Notes: a model not told the origin generated them from the letters alone. A DNA stretch of 63,999 nucleotides, filler included, from Reclinomonas americana ATCC 50394 (GCA_048213135.1; 10 parts of 5 records of this genome joined end to end with filler, not necessarily neighbours in it), one strand, 5' to 3'. Counted from the first letter of the whole stretch, positions 1 to 13,298 are shown. Program-made: numbers and translations.

Positions 1-1563
1 CGGCACCCCGACAACGTGAAGGCCATCCACGAGGCTTGCTGGTCGTGGTGGCGCTTGGCGGCACATCTCGAGAATGCAGAGGATCGACAGCAGTTGGTGA
101 CGAGCTTTGCTCTCACCACCGAGTGGTCGATTGCACTGTTTGCGATCACTTGGGGTGGACCGCCGCCCGGATCGTCAACAGGCGAAACTGAGTGCACGCC
201 GGCTTCTGGTGAAGAGATCCAGCCCGACGAGGTTGAGAAGATGCAAGCGGCCCGCAACGTGTTGCCACTGTTGCACATCTCGCCGATTGGAGTGTGGCAC
301 GTGCGTGGCTCTGCTGAGAGTCCAGTCGACTATGCTCTGCTCACTGGCGGTCATGATTTTTGCGGCCATCAAGGTGAGTCGGTAGCTCTGGCGTGGTAAT
401 CGTCGCTAATCTCTTTTTTTGGTTCTTCTCATTGTACGTTTACTTACAAATTGGTTGCTGGCTTGTCAGTTGGTGACGCTGAGACGCTGTTTGCTGCATT
501 GGTGGCTCTGTTGCACGTGTGTCACGAATCGGTGCGCTCTCTTTGCGTTGAGCCAGACGGTACCATGCTTGAGGCGCTGCAGCACGTGTTTGTGGCACCA
601 GCGTCTCCGAAGCCAGGTTCGGCACATGGGATATCCTCTCTGCCTCACTTGGTCGTCCCTCTTACTTGTCGCGCCTACTTGTGAAGCTCGTACGTTGTCA
701 AGAACGGGCACGGAAGAAACGGATTCGGCAGTGCGAGACCAAGCACCGATTCCTGCGATATCCGAGCCGTTCGCGAAACGGTGCGGCTCACGAGCAGCTG
801 CCGAGCACGAATTCAGCGTGTTGCAGCGCTTGCGACAGGCTGCCTCGTCGCAGCCGTCTGTGCTGCAGCGACTTCCGACGCCTGTGGGTGTGCGTGGCGA
901 CATTCTTCTGCTGTTGCCACTGGCCAACGACACCATGCACGATATAGACGATGTGCGCGTGCTGGTCCGTGATGTGGCGATGGTGCTGCAGCATGCACAT
1001 CAACTGGGGTGGACGCACATGGACGTCAAGCCAGACAATATCATGTACAATCGGCGCGACGGCGCCGTTCTTATCGACTGGGGCCTGTCGTGCGATGTGC
1101 AAGTGTACAGGACTCGCCAGCACCAGTACATGGGCACGCGGCTATACGCGGTATGCGCGCATCACCCTAATGCACATACCTGTCACTGAATCACTATTTT
1201 ACTGTGTGTATCTGTGTGTCGCAGTCGCCAGAGGTGCGCGGCGTGGACCCGTTTGAGGAATGCAGAGGGACGGTGGCGCCGCCGGCCGACATGTGGAGTT
1301 TTGGTGTGACGGTGGCTTCGCTGGTGCTTGGCGGACTGCAGGGAGTGTCGGATTGGCTGATGATGCCCGAGGAGCAGAGTTTGCAGATCTGTCAAGCGCT
1401 GAAGAGGGCCGCGTCACATGCTCCGCGTGGTGGAGAACTTCACGCGTCGCTGCATTCGGTGGCGTCATTGGTGGAGCAGTTGCTGCAGTTCTGGCCGTCG
1501 GAGCGGTTGACGGCGGCGCAGGTGCTGCAGCATCCATTTTGCGCCGAGAAGAATGTCGTTTGA
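1..1563 (+). CDS. Crinkler-like protein kinase, copy 1 (5'-partial; introns about 373-469, 617-686, 1151-1224)
   Basis: Spliced frame gives PFAKR, HMDVKPDN, DWG, YA|SPE and DMWSFG kinase motifs; near-identical to 3619-5184. Confidence 0.8.
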
Positions 1564-2034
1564 CAACGCTGGCGATCGAAAATTCTCTCGTGGTCGATAT
1601 CTTCCTTGTATCAGTGCCAGAATGCCAATTCTGCGTTGCATACAGGAGATTATGAAGAGAGCGGAGTGCAGCGATGAAGGGCCCAGAGAGATCGAGCTCG
1701 AGTGCACGTGGTTTTGTAAACGCTCAATATCGAAATCTATGGCGCGCGAAGTTGTCTCATGCCCAGCTGGCACGAAAGCACCCCCGTATCCCCTTCTGCT
1801 TCTCCTCTTCATCACCACATACACAGCATGACGTTCCGAGCAGGTGGCTTGCTCTCCGGAGAGAGGCAGCGAACCGATAGATGTCCTCGACGTTCGTGTT
1901 CGCTCACTCTCCTCTTCCACCATGTTTCCTGGTTGCTTGCCCGCCGCACGTCGCTACGAGAGACCAAATGTGCTACGCACACGGATCACACGTCGGCGTC
2001 CTGCTCTTGTGTAAACACTGTTGCCGAGAGACGA

Positions 2035-5000
2035 ATGGCGTCGTCGTCGCCTGCACTTCCGCGTGAACGGCCGCTGGCGAATGTGCGAGATTACTATGGT
2101 GTGTGTAGGCGCATGTGTGAGTGAAGGAGAGGCAGAGAGCGGAGGAGAGGCACATACTGCATCGTCGCAAACAGGGATGATTTGTGTCACCTCCCTCTCT
2201 CTCCCTTTTCCTCGCTCCCTTCACACAGATCACTTTGGCATTCCCCGTGATGCCAGTGACGACGACCGACTGCAGTCCAAGGAAGACATGCGCGCGCGAA
2301 TGAGCCGGTTGACGGCTGCACTGGCGGAGGCCCAGCGCTTGTCGAATCGCCGAGTCGCGAACCAGATTCTGTCACGCTATTCCTCATTGTCGGAGCACTG
2401 CGAACGCCGCTATCCCTTTGTCGACGAGGACGAGGACACGATATCGATGGCAGGTGAGCGCGGCTGATATTCATATGAGGAGAACATGGTGCTTACGCTG
2501 AGATCGCGAAGCGCAACTTTTGACGTGGGCGGCTCATCGAAATCCAGCGTCTGCAAAGAACTGTGTGGCCCGCATGATCAGCTACATGCACATTGGCCGC
2601 GAACGCTCAGCACGCGATCTGCTGCTTGATCCCAACGCACGCAAGCTTCTTCTGGAGGGTGAGGTGCACAGTTGTTGTCTCTTCAGTCACCGCACCGCTG
2701 CGCACTTACAACTACGTATGTAGCCTTTTGTGTGTCGCAGCCGTTCGACGTCTTAAATCTGGAGCCAGTGAAACACGGCCTTCTGCAACCTGCGCTTCTT
2801 GATGACCGGCATGTCATCATTCAACGCATCAGATCGCTACTGCAGCCAGAGGACGACGATGAGAGTGTCACTCGGTCCGTACGCGTTTTGTCGACTCTAT
2901 TCTCTCGCTTCTCATCTCGTCCTCTAAGAATGTCGTACGCAGTGCACGCAAGGAGTGGATGCACGCAATGGACAAGATTGCCGGAAGGAACTACGCGAGT
3001 TGCGTTGTTGGAGTTGGAGAGCAGAGCGGAGCAGAGAGGCGAGCGCTGCGGGCCACTACCGCATTCGTCACTGGACTGTGACTCGTGCAATTTAACGTGC
3101 TCACTGTCTGACCTCTCGTGCGCAGTATTTGCGTACTCCGAGTTTGCCGTGGGAATGCGTCACTGGTCCACGACGCTCGGTGATCTGCTGCTGAACATGT
3201 TCGACGAGAGCAGCACGGTCAGCGTGGACTACGGTGCCGAGTTCAACCACTGCGTGTCTGACTTGCAGCTGAATGTGCGACTCTCGGACGCCGACGGCAG
3301 CACTGTGGCGCCTCTGTTCTTTGTCGAGTGCAGGGGCGGGAAAACGTATCGCGCAAGGTACATCGACTTGACCGATCATCACAAGCGTAAACTCACCACA
3401 AGTGTGCCTCCTCCCCATGCAGCTTCCGTGGTCATCGATGGCCAGAGGACACGATTGCCGCCGACACGCCACTGACGCGCGCTGTGCTATCATGCGATGC
3501 CGCGTATTTTGACAGTGATGGGTACAGCCCACCTCGAATGGCAACGGACGAGGACGATGCACGTGCAGCAGCATCGCCACACACCATGCTGCGCTCGCAG
3601 TTTCTTTGCGTTCTGGGCCCGCACCCCGACAACATGAAAGCCATTCACGCGGCTTGCTGGTCGTGGTGGCGCTTGGCGGCGCATCTCGAGAATGCAGAGG
3701 ATCGACAGCATTTGGTGACGAGCTTTGCTCTGACCACCGAGTGGTCGATTGCACTGTTTGCGATCACTTGGGGTGGACCGCCGCCCGGATCGTCGACAGG
3801 CGACACTGTGTGCACGTCGGCTTCTGGTGAAGAGATCGACTCCGACGAGGTTGAGAAGATGCGTGCGGCCCGCAGTGTGTTGCCACTGTTGCGCATTTCG
3901 CCGATTGGAGTGTGGCACGTGCGTGGCTCTGCTGAGTGTCCAATCGACTTTGCTCTGCTCACTGGCGGCCATGATTTTTGCGGCCATCAAGGTGAGTCGG
4001 TGGCCCTGGCGTGCAAATCGTCGCTAATCTCCTTTTTTGGTGCTTCTCATTGTACGTTTACTTACAAATTGGTTGCTGGCTTGCAGTTGGTGACGCTGAG
4101 ACGCTGTTTGCTGCATTTGTGGCTCTGTTGCAAGTGTGTCACGAATCGGTGCGATCTCTTCGCGTTGAGCCGGACGGCACCATGCTTGAGGCGCTGCAGC
4201 ACGTGTTTGTGGCTCCGGCGTCTCCGAATCCAGGTTCGGCACATGAGATATCCTCTCTGCCTCACTTGGTCGTCCCTCTTACTTGTCGCGCCTACATGTA
4301 AAGCTCGTACGTCATCAAGAACAGGCACGCAAGACACGGATTCGGCAGTGCGAGACCAAGCACCGATTCCTGCGATATCCGAGCCGTTCGCGAAACGGTG
4401 CGGCTCACGAGCAGCTGCCGAGCACGAATTCAGCGTGTTGCAGGGCGCTTGCGACAGGCTGCCTCGTCGCAGCCGTCTGTGCTGCAGCGATTTCCGACGC
4501 CTGTGGGTGTGCGTGGCGACATTCTTCTGCTGTTACCACTGGCCAACGACACCATGCACGATATGGACGATGTGCGCGTGCTGGTCCGTGATGTGGCAAT
4601 GGCGCTGCAGCATGCACATCAATTGGGATGGGCGCACATGGACGTCAAGCCAGACAATATCATGTACAATCGGCGCGACGGCGCCGTTCTTATCGACTGG
4701 GGCCTGTCGTGCGATGTGCAAGTGTACAAGACCCGCCAGCACCGGTTCATGGGCACGCGGCTATACGCGGTATGCACACGCATCACCCTAATGCACATAC
4801 CTGTCACTGAATCACTATATTACTGTGCATATCTGTGTGTCGCAGTCGCCAGAGGTGCGCGGTGTGGACTCGTTTGAGGAATGCAGAGGAACGGTGGCGC
4901 CGCCGGCCGACATGTGGAGTTTTGGTGTGACGGTGGCTTCGCTGGTGCTTGGCGGACTGCAGGGAGTGTCGGATTGGCTGATGGTGCCTGAGGAGCAGAG

Positions 5001-5184
5001 TTTGCAGATCTGTCAAGCGCTGAAGAGGGCCGCGTCACATGCTCCGCGTGGTGGAGAACTTCACGCGTCGCTGCATTCGGTGGCGTCATTGGTGGAGCAG
5101 TTGCTGCAGTTCTGGCCGTCGGAGCGGTTGACGGCGGCGCAGGTGCTGCAGCATCCATTTTGCGCCGAGAAGAATGTCGTTTGA
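2035..5184 (+). pseudogene. Crinkler-like REase-like + kinase gene, copy 2, with a +2 frameshift at about 4444
   Basis: Multi-exon model from ATG 2035. It has a PD-(D/E)xK-like segment VSDLQL...LFFVECR (about 3255-3333) and kinase motifs. CAGGGCGC here versus CAGCGC in copy 1 breaks the frame. Confidence 0.65.
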
Positions 5185-5378
5185 AAGGACCGCGGCCACT
5201 TGCGCGTCGGAGGGCGAACATTGAGTTGCGACTATGTAGCGGATCGGCGTGTCACAAGCGGCGTCCGCATCATGCGTGAGGGAAAAATCAGTGAACAGCA
5301 AGCAACTCCATGCCCCACCCACGTGCTTATCTCTCAGACAACAAACACTCTCCTCCACTTCATCACTATCCCCCTCCA

Positions 5379-6194
5379 TCACGGATGCGCCTTCAACTGA
5401 ATGCACGCCGACTGGCCGTGCACACTCGGCGAGCTGGGCGTGGCCAGCACGATATTGTTGGCCACTTGCACGTCCAGGTGCACATTGGAAGTGCTCGACA
5501 CGGCCTTGGCGCCGTTCGGGTAGTGCAGCGCAAACTGCGCAAACACCTCCGTCGGCGCCTGGATGCTGGTGTCGATGGTGAAGCAGAACTCAAAGTCGTT
5601 GGTGGTCGAGTCGTAGTGCATGCGCTCCGGCACGCCGGCGACGGCGCGAGCGTAGGTGCGACTGACCACGTTGACGAAGCCCGGGTCGGGCGGACTGCCA
5701 CCGTCCCACGCCATGCCCCACTCGATCCACGACTGGAAGTGCTTGTCGGCCAGGTCCATGACAAAGGCGCACTCGGCGAACTCCTTGCGACTGCACTCGC
5801 CAAACTGAGTGCAAAAATGCGAGGGAAAATGAGACGTCGGTAAGCAGAGGAGATTAGGGGAGAGCGACGCGCCTCGGTCATCATGCCGGCACCGCCCGTG
5901 CCCACCACATCCTTGGTGACGGCCTCAAAGACGAGCGGGCCAGTGACCGGGTCACAAAAGGCGCGACGGTCACCAAAGCTCGCGCAGTAGTAGTGACTGG
6001 TGCGCAAGAGTCAGCATGAAGAATGTGAGCGACAGAGAGACAGGCATGAACGCAACTAGGAGAGCACCGAGCGATTGCGGTACTCATCTCCACCCGGAAC
6101 ACTGCGTGGCGGGACAGTGAGTGAGCGGTGGCGAGGGACAACAGCGGAGCGACTGCGCCGACGAAACTGAGTGAATCCAGTGCCGGCAATCTTG
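5379..6194 (-). CDS. GH5 endoglycoceramidase-like glycoside hydrolase, 3' part
   Basis: Spliced: GTGFTHVPGGDEYRNRSVLSYHYYC...MMTE|FG (nucleophile motif)...SW.EW...SRTYARAVAG, plus a C-terminal beta-sandwich. Confidence 0.85.
5805..5872 (-). other. GC-AG intron (GAG|GCGCGT...CAG|TTT)
   Basis: Only this donor restores the GH5 TEFG motif in phase 0. Confidence 0.75.
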
Positions 6195-6294
6195 NNNNNN
6201 NNNNNNNNNNNNNNNNNNNNNNNNNNNNNNNNNNNNNNTTAATTAATTAANNNNNNNNNNNNNNNNNNNNNNNNNNNNNNNNNNNNNNNNNNNN
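6195..6294. other. Artificial contig linker N-TTAATTAATTAA-N (also 12312-12411, 28463-28562, 46134-46233, 48924-49023, 52032-52131, 58815-58914, 60552-60651, about 61778-61877)
   Basis: Identical 100-nt all-frame-stop spacers. Confidence 0.97.
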
Positions 6295-6350
6295 GAAGAA
6301 GATAGACGCGGAAAATTCATGCTTGCGGTCGTGACGTCGCACTTCCGCAG

Positions 6351-9300
6351 AGGCCGCGCTGCACAGCTGCTATGATGCTGTGGTTGATGGTGTGTATGTG
6401 TCAGTGCTTGACTGGAAGTCGTTCTTCGTTGGGCGAGGTATCTGTGAAGTCTCCGTTTACGTTGCGTGTTTGTCATGTCCCGCCTGTTCTCGCTGTTGTT
6501 GCTGTGAGCAGGAGTGAGCTTGTGTTCTGTTTGTGTCAGTGTCATTCCCCACTGCGTCTGTGCAAAAGAGAGAAGGAGAGACGTTGCATTTCTCCGCTTC
6601 TTATTTTGTGTGTGTGAGAGAGAGAGAGCGTGTGTCATTCCCCTGCGCAGTGTGCTGTTGTTGTTGCTCTTGTCGTGACGCATCATCATGGCGAGTGGGA
6701 GTGGAGTGCCGCATGAGTTGCGTGTCTCACTCATTGTGTTGTTGTCAGATGCATCATCATGGTCATTCTCACATTGTGTGTGATTCGCTCCCTGTCACTC
6801 TCTCCTCTCTCCTGTGCAGTCTTCATCACGATGCTGGTGATGAGGAATGCATGATTCGCCTTGCCAAGGCACTGTCTCGTCCGTGCACCCGCGCTCTGCA
6901 ATCCAAACTGGAGCAAGTGCTGCCGGCGTTTCTCGATTCGTATCCCGGTGTGAATCACGTCGCCGAGTGGTGCAAGGCGCCGAGTGAGCGTGATGTGCGG
7001 TGAGTGTGACTGTGGGAAGGATGTGGAAGTACATGATGGCAAGATGCAGATGGTGAGATGTGAATGAGAGAGGAAGAGAACAAGCAAGTGGCAGATGGTG
7101 ACGCACTTGTCATCCCTTTCTCTCCCATTCTCACACTCTTCGTTGTCTCACCACACACGACTCCACATTCTGTCTCTGATGAATGCCCTCTCTTTCTTGT
7201 CACACACATTCCTCACTCACCAGCATCCTCTCTTTCTTTGTGCCTTTCCCTGCATGCAGCACCATGCCAGACGGAGTGGACATGTGTGTCCAGTTGATCG
7301 AGAAGGAACAGCAGACGGTGCGCGAGTGGCGTCAGCGGGGCCGGCTGCACGACTGCCGTTCGTTTGATGCGATGTTGTGCTGCTCGATCTTGCTTCTCGC
7401 GGGTCATCGAGAACACCTGAGAGACGAGCCAGATCGTTTGATTCCAGCGGGCGATGTGGTGAGTGTGTGAGAAGGAGAAGGAGGAGGAGGAGTGTGATCT
7501 CCCTCTCTTTGTGTGATTTGTGTCTCTAACTCTCTTGTTGTCACAGCGCAATGCGATTGAGCGAATGAGGGAGGTGATTGAGCAAGCGAATCCCGCACGA
7601 GCTCGTGCACTCTTTGTGCCTCTGCTCGGAGACAGAGGAGGAGAGGGCGAACTGCACCAGCTTGTGCGACGACTACAGATTGGCCGGGACGTGGAGGAGG
7701 AGCTGGTGGCGCAGCTGAGCGAGGCTCGTGATGGTGAGTGAGAGGAGAGAGATGGCTGATGATTCGATGGAATGTGGAAGCTAATGCTGATTGGTGGTGT
7801 GTGAATGCAGGTGCACTGAGTCAAGCAGACCAATCATTGCTGCTGGTACACTTGGAGCAAGTTGAGTGGATTTGCATGCGAAAGCGGTGGCTTGCAGATT
7901 GCACATTGATTCCCACATACGTGTCTATTGATCAGAGGCGGATGGAAATGCACGATCACAGCGACTCGATGAGCATTTCGCCCTCTTCTCCCTCAGCTGC
8001 CGGTGTGTTCCATGATGGACCTGCACTGAATGTGCATTGGTGTGCATTCTCACCTTCCTTGGCCACGCAGCACCAGACAGCAGTCACCCACCCAGGACCC
8101 CGCTCATCGCCCACACCATCAACCCCGTGTCCACATTCCGCTTCCCGAGTCGTCGTGCACTGGCAGCTTCACTCGCCACGCGCATTGTGGATGCTGTGGA
8201 AGGTTGGGTGTTCCTTCTCTTTCTCCTTCTTCCTTCTCCACATTCGTGTGACTCATCACGTTGTCTGGTGATGGATGATTCTCGCACAGCACACCATCCA
8301 ATTATAGTGGTGCTGACGGGTGATGGTGGTACTGGCAAGTCGTTCCTGGCCGAGCTGCTGGTGACCGAGTTGCTGGCGACTCGCCGGTGGAAGGGATCGG
8401 CCGTGTCGGTGGAGATGCGTGGTCATGTGGGTGATGCGAGGGAGCATGTGAAGGTGTGATGAGGCAATATGCATGTTGTCTTTCATGATGCATCATCTCT
8501 TCTGCTGTCATTCTCACTCTTTCCCTCTCGTCATGCTGCAGGCGGAGACTGCTCTCGGCGAGTGTCTGCGTGCTTTTGTGACAGCACAGATGCGAGTGGA
8601 TGAAGTGGAGGGACGGAGGATGGCCGGTCAGGTGGATGCACTGCTGGCGAGTGGCGAGATGGAGCCAGCGCGTCGTCTCCTGCGACAGCTGGTGCATGCA
8701 TCTAGTGGAGTTGTGGTGCTTGACAATGTGGGATCGTCGGAGGAAGTGAGGAGTGTTGTTCAGTGTGCTGATGAGGGTGTGTTTGTTTGAGAGAATTCTC
8801 TTGCTTGGATGTTTGATCCTGACTTGATGTGCATCATGTGTCTGGCTGTGTGCAGATGGGATGGTGGCACCGATTGTGGTTGTGACGAGTCGATATGGTC
8901 GAGTGGCGGATGAGATTCGTGATTCTATGATGCACGAGGCCGATGTGGAGTGTGTGCGGGTGGAGAGTGTGGAGAACGAGGACATTGTGCAGCTGGTCGA
9001 GGATCGGCTTCGCGACGTTGTGTCGGTGGATGTGCGACGAAGGATTGTGGAGGCGCTGGAGAGTGGACAGCGGGAAAAGAGTGCACTGCGAGTGAGTGCG
9101 TGTGTTGGGTGAGTGAGCGTAAGTGAGTGGATGCATGGTGTGGATGAGAAGACTCACTCTTGTCTCTTCTCTTCTTCGGCATGCAGCTGGTTGCTGTCGC
9201 AATCACCAGCACAGCTGGTGGGGGCGCGACTGGAGGAGGTGCTGAGTGGCATTGGTGGCGATGCGCTGTCGCAGCTGCTGGAACGCAATATGATGTCACA

Positions 9301-11017
9301 GACAGCAGCCGCACGTCGTCTGTTGGTGCTGATCACGGCGTGCAAGGAACTTGGCTTGCCGGTGACAGTGGCACTCGCACGAGTGGCTCTCGGCGTGCTG
9401 CGAGTGATTCCCGATATGACGATGGATGTGGGTGGTGGTGATGAAGATGAGCAGGCGGCATGTCGACTGGTAGAGTTGAGTCAGTGTGTGTGTCGACTGC
9501 GATTGCATGGGCTGGCACAGGAGAGACGGAGGCGTGCACCCGAGGTGGTGGGCGAGCGACTGCAGTTTGACGAGATGAGTGAGGAGGAGGGGCGAAGAGT
9601 GCGTGCACGGCGTGATGAATTGGTGGGTGGTGGTGGTGGCGACGACGGAGTGGAGGATGTGCTGGAGGGTCTGTGCTTGTCGAATCTGGTTACGGTGGGT
9701 GTCAGTGGCGGCATGGACAGTGTGGCTCGTGTGTTGTGTGGTGAGCATGTGAGGGAGAGCAATGTTGTCATGGAGTATCGAGTGCACGACGAGATTGCTG
9801 GATGGATTGTGGGACAGTGTGGAGATGCAGTGTCACGAGTGCAACGACTGATTGTGCGACTTGTGTCTTGTGTGTTGAATGGCATTGATTCGCAGATGGA
9901 CAGTGACGGTGTGCTGTTGGTGTCACGTGACTTGCTGGGTGTGCTTCACACAGTGTGGCGACGGTTGGGAGACGATGACGGCATGTGGGCGAGTGATTTA
10001 GTTGGTGTGGATGGACTGCTGGTGCAGTGCAGGGCGGTGGAGTGGATTGGTGAACAGTGTGACAGATTTCGTTTGCCGTCACGTGGATTTGACGAATCCG
10101 TCACCTCTTCACTTGTGCAACGCGTGACGGAACGTAAAGATATTACATTGAGTCCACTGCGACCGCGGTTCGCCATTGTGGTGGCCAAGTGTCGAGCACA
10201 GTTGTTTGCCATGCTTCGTCGGCCGTATAGGCGCACAGCATCGTGGCAGAAGGCGTGGCATTTGTGCGAGGAGTGGGAGAGGGATGGCAGTGACGAGAAG
10301 ATAGTGTTGGATAGGATTGATATGCTTCGTTGCTTGATGTGGTACGCTTACGAATCATACCAGCTTCCATTGCTGGAGCAGTGCCATGAACGGCAGTGTG
10401 CGACACTGGGAGAGAGTCATCCAGATTCGCTGACGACGTTGTATTACCATGGACTCTACCTTTATAACCAGAGGCAACATGCCAGTGCTGAAGCGCTCTA
10501 CCGTCGGTGCTGGGAGATATTCCGAATGGTTCTTGGAGCTGAACATCCAGACACGTTGGCGTCTATGAGCGAGGTCGCGAGATGCATTCATGGTGACGAT
10601 CGTCTGCATGAGAAGGTTCAGCTGGACCGAGATTGCTTGCAGCTGTCAAAAGCAGCGCTGGGAGATCGGCATCCTGACACTTTCATGTCGATGCACAATC
10701 TCGCGTTTTCTCTCTACAAGCAAAACACCCCAGAATCACTGGCAGAAGCTGCTGATTTATACCATGAGTGTTTGGAGGGACAGCGAGGTGCGTTGGATGA
10801 CAAAAATGCAAGCATACTGACGACAGTACGGAACTACGGCAATCTGCTCATGAAGCTGGAACGATGGGTTGAATCCGAGGCCCTGCTGGTAAAGTGGGTC
10901 GAGGGTCGGCAAGCGATATTTGGTGGGGACGATCCGAGAACGGTGAGGGCCGTGGCTGCATTGGCTGAGTGCAGGCGACGTGCAAGAGAGGCCGCCGGTG
11001 TTGTGAATGAACAGTAA
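6351..11017 (+). CDS. STAND (NB-ARC-like) NTPase with C-terminal TPR repeats; NLR-like; multi-exon, 5' end uncertain
   Basis: Walker A VVLTGDGGTGKS (about 8305-8342), Walker B VVVLDNV, sensor VVVTSR, and TPR_10/12-type repeats (LGxxHPDTL) in the long last exon. Confidence 0.8.
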
Positions 11018-11183
11018 AGCAAGCACGGAATATGTAAGAGGATTTCCTTGCCCGTTTCCTCCTCGACTTGTCGCGACTTGCATGCGTGTCCGATTCCAGT
11101 TTGTCCGCGAGCGAAAAAACTTTTCACCTGCTCGCAAGATATCTCTGCGCCAAAGTTCTCTCTGTCGCCTTTGAACGACACAA

Positions 11184-11896
11184 CATGTCCGTTCCACGCA
11201 CCGTCGTTCTCATCAACGCCCTCGTGTCGTTGCGTGCAACTTCAATATTGTACGTGCGCGCTGGCGTCATGCTGACGTCGCCATGTACTCTTTGCGCGCT
11301 GCGCACACAGGCTTGTTTGTGGCCTGCAGCACATTTTCGTGCCAAAGATGGCACTCTCCGCCTTCTTCGGTGCGCTTCCTTTTCACGCCCTCAACAATTT
11401 CTCCGCACAGTGGACTGACTGATGACGCATGTATTTTTTTGCAGGCGAGGGTGTCAGTGCGACTCCCGAGTTGCAGGATGTCGTTCAGGTCATGTACATG
11501 CGTTACAGCAGAGTAGCATGTTCGAGTTTTGTTTATGCTCTCGCTCCCTCATGCATATACTGTGTGTGTGTTTTCGCCTGTATCTCCGCGTAGGTCCTCG
11601 GCGGGTTCCATTTGGTTGTCGCGCTTCTGCTCTACAAGTTACGAGCTTGCGCAACAAGCACACATCTCCTTGCCCCCTGTGCTCATTGCGCCCGCAGGCT
11701 TCCGTCCAACAAGGACAGCTTCACCACCGCTGGTCTGTGCCTGCTGATCAGCGCCGCCGCGCAGCTCTTCGCCGCCGTGTCGAACGGCATTGGTGGCGCC
11801 ATTTGCTACGGAGCGCTGCTCGCCCATGCCGCCTCAGGCGCTGTGGTACTGGCCACTGCCGGCGACGACGGCAAGACCGAGGGCAAGTCGCGCTAA
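11184..11896 (+). CDS. Small hydrophobic (membrane) protein of unknown function, multi-exon
   Basis: ATG near 11184 (MSVPRTVVLINALV), several GT-AG introns, hydrophobic last exon ending GKTEGKSR*. Confidence 0.45.
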
Positions 11897-11989
11897 GAGT
11901 CCCCCCCATATGTGTGCTTCGATGGATAAAATGAAGCTTCCACTGACCCCTTTCTTGGATCCAAAGGGTGCATTGGGAAGACGAGGGCA

Positions 11990-12280
11990 AACAAGAGTGA
12001 CAAAGTTGCTTGACGGCCAGTGAGAGCAACACGCAAACTCGATAACAAGAGCAGTGTACAACACGGTGGCGGTTCTCTTCTCTCTCGCATCCTCCCTCAC
12101 GCTCTCCGTGTCTGCACGGCAACGTGGTACAAGAATGACAAAGCTGCGCGAGAGAGCAACACGCAAACCCGTTGACAAGAGCAGTGTACAACGCGGTGGC
12201 GGTTCTCTTCTCGCTCTCCCTCTCTCTTTCGCACCATCCATGTCTGCACGGCCTACGTACAAGAATGACAAAGCTGGTCG
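11990..12280. repeat. About 130-bp degenerate tandem repeat (about 2.2 copies)
   Basis: GAGAGCAACACGCAAAC...CAAGAGCAGTGTACAAC...GTACAAGAATGACAAAG occurs twice. Confidence 0.8.
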
Positions 12281-12421
12281 ACACCCTTGCGCCATCGGCG
12301 AGAGAGCAAATNNNNNNNNNNNNNNNNNNNNNNNNNNNNNNNNNNNNNNNNNNNNTTAATTAATTAANNNNNNNNNNNNNNNNNNNNNNNNNNNNNNNNN
12401 NNNNNNNNNNNGTCTCTCTCT

Positions 12422-12474
<53 letters not shown>

Positions 12475-13298
12475 GTTCTCCCTTCCTCACTCTCACTAAC
12501 ACACACACACTCTCCCTCTCTCACTCTCTCACTCATTCTCTCTCTCTCTCTCTCTTGTCTCTCTCTGTCTCTCACCTGCGATCATCGTGATCCCTGCGCG
12601 AAGGCGACTGTGATCTCCGCCTCTCTGCTGGTGGTGGTGGAGGAGGAGGAGGAGGAGAGGGAGACCGTGAATGCGGCATCTCTCACAGACACACACTGTG
12701 ATTGAGTCCTGCTGGACAAGTCGCTCTCTTGTGTCACGTCGAAGCTCGCTGGGATCGAGAGGAGGAGAAGTGGCGATCAATGTGCTGTGAAGTGCTTGTT
12801 GTTCACAGTCGCAGGCAACACAGCTCATACGCTGACTTCTACGGGTTGCAATTGCAAATACGAATACAGCTCGATCGAGGAGTCCATCGCGAAGTGGTGA
12901 TCGAGAGACAGCGAGTGGTTTCTGCCAGTCTCAGCGAAGTATGCGTGAGGTAGTTCCTGCCAGACTCAAGGAACTGCCAGCTCTTTCCTCCCCTCCCCCC
13001 AACTTGCACAGCGAAGTTGCAGCTCACCGTCAGTCGAAGTGGCGAATAGTGCCTATGAGCCTCTGGAAGCAGGCAATTGAGGGGCAGGAGAAGTCGAAGT
13101 TCCAATTCCCTCCACGGAACTCGATTACTCTCCGCCACAGCACGAGTGGGATCGCGTGTCATGCGCTGTCAGAAAAGACAACGTGACCATCGAGTTACCT
13201 GAGCCACGAATCGTCACCACATCGACAGCCACCTCTCTACCCTTCTCTTCCCTCGCTCTTCTCTTCCCTCTCCTTCAGCAAAACACAAAAACTTCCAT

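Noticed and set aside
6050..6060. Non-canonical TT-starting introns as the explanation for GTTGCG sites
   Set aside because: Shifting both boundaries by 1 nt gives TAG here and loses conserved His/Tyr in SLC12; GT-AG boundaries fit.
6239..6250. Recurrent TTAATTAATTAA palindrome as a biological motif
   Set aside because: Always centred in N runs of fixed size; an assembly spacer.
12700..13186. Possible + strand 3' exons
   Set aside because: No recognisable motif or consistent splice model; left uncalled.
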